A stretch of DNA of 46,780 bases, taken from IMG/VR virus record IMGVR_UViG_3300050162_000282, positions 1-46,780 of that record. One strand, 5' to 3'. The DNA is from a virus. Taxonomy: Duplodnaviria; Caudoviricetes. Shown one piece after another: positions 45,990-46,780 of the stretch. A model generated the notes under the pieces. It had not been told where the DNA came from, ran no database searches, and was given only the letters and a program-made list of their open reading frames with translations. Within the stretch, counting starts at the first letter, position 1, and each line of letters opens with the position of its first letter. The position numbers and the translations under genes were made by a program.

Positions 45990-46780
45990 TCTCCCTTAAA
46001 AAATTCTACAAATTGATTATTCCCATATCGCCCATTTGTTAGTGCAAATACTTCTTTAATTGAATACTTTTTTTCTGTGTCAATTTGAGTGCAAAAATCT
46101 TTTACACCAAACTCGCAAGCTCCAGTAATTGACCTATAAGCAAGAATCAATTCGTCTACCGGCCTCTTTTTTTCTGTGTCCCAATTTTTAAACTGATCAA
46201 CATCTCTTGAAGATAATTTGTACTTTAAAGAATCAATCGCTTCTTTAACTGTCTTTCCATGTGAGAATTGACCATTTCTATAAACACAGTAAGAAATTTC
46301 TTTCTTTCCATATATTCTTATTTTAAAGACATTATTTTTTTGAGAGATAATTTTAGACATTATCCCATCGGCCCAAAGGATATTCTTAGCGAGAAAAATC
46401 GCAGCAATTAAATCTTTAATAGATCCTTGGTGATAATTATTTCCCTTGTTCTCTTTTGGAATATTATAACTTTTTAAAGATGAATTGCTTTCAACATAAA
46501 CATCTCCACCAACTTCGTTTGGCATCGTTAGTGACGTTAAAGATGAATTGTTGCGAACAGAAACATCTCCACCAACTTCGTTTGGCATTGTTAGCGATGT
46601 TAAAGATGAATTGTTGCTAACAGAAACACCTCCACCAACTTCACTTGGCATTGTTAGTGACGTTAAAGATGAATTGTTGTGAACAGAAACATCTCCACCA
46701 ACTTCGTTTGGCATTGTTAGCGATGTTAAAGATGAATTGTTGCTAACAGAAACACCTCCACCAACTTCACTTGGCATTGT
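45986..46780 (-). CDS. 3' part of LRR-like repeat protein
   Basis: 21-aa repeats MPxEVGGxVxVxNNSSLTSLT then C-term HGKTVKEA..ITGACEFG domain. Confidence 0.85.
   Translation of the reverse strand, partial: TMPSEVGGGVSVSNNSSLTSLTMPNEVGGDVSVHNNSSLTSLTMPSEVGGGVSVSNNSSLTSLTMPNEVGGDVSVRNNSSLTSLTMPNEVGGDVYVESNSSLKSYNIPKENKGNNYHQGSIKDLIAAIFLAKNILWADGIMSKIISQKNNVFKIRIYGKKEISYCVYRNGQFSHGKTVKEAIDSLKYKLSSRDVDQFKNWDTEKKRPVDELILAYRSITGACEFGVKDFCTQIDTEKKYSIKEVFALTNGRYGNNQFVEFFKGE
46478..46780. repeat. 63-nt coding tandem repeat (continues at 1-200)
   Basis: Alternating variants form a 126-nt higher-order unit. Confidence 0.95.

Noticed and set aside
46478-46780. 63-nt repeats as a CRISPR array or DGR template/variable pair
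   Set aside because: No unique spacers, repeats are in-frame coding, differences are not adenine-specific, and no cas or reverse transcriptase gene is present
1-46780. Specific host assignment (e.g. Bdellovibrionota-like)
   Set aside because: Only diderm status is supported by spanin-like genes; taxonomy needs homology, attB or spacer matches

Overview
The window is an apparently complete (~46.7 kb, AT-rich) temperate myovirus genome. It is assembled as a circle: bases 1-96 equal bases 46685-46780, and that overlap lies inside a coding 63-nt tandem repeat. Almost everything is on the minus strand in one circular run: cro, RecE-like exonuclease and Erf, xis and int, attP, replication initiator and loader, small early genes (including an LRR-like protein across the join), terminase, portal, MuF, protease, capsid, a Mu-like contractile tail and baseplate, a large modular fibre cluster, lysis genes (holin, spanins, GH108 endolysin) and RusA. 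The spanins imply a diderm host. A mostly plus-strand immunity/accessory island (7.4-12.1 kb) carries cI, a stand-alone receiver domain, an RHH protein, a second MuF-domain paralog, an HNH nuclease and a FliA-like sigma factor. Best candidate novel system: an unannotated type I toxin-antitoxin-like locus at 11485-11850. It has a 27-aa hydrophobic peptide in a highly folded mRNA and a divergently transcribed ~78-nt antisense RNA that pairs at three separate sites, one of them the terminator in front of an HTH gene. Other highlights are tail-cluster proteins with Sec signal peptides and paired cysteines, and an attP that cuts the lytic operon in two. All product calls come from motif recognition and synteny; no database searches were run.
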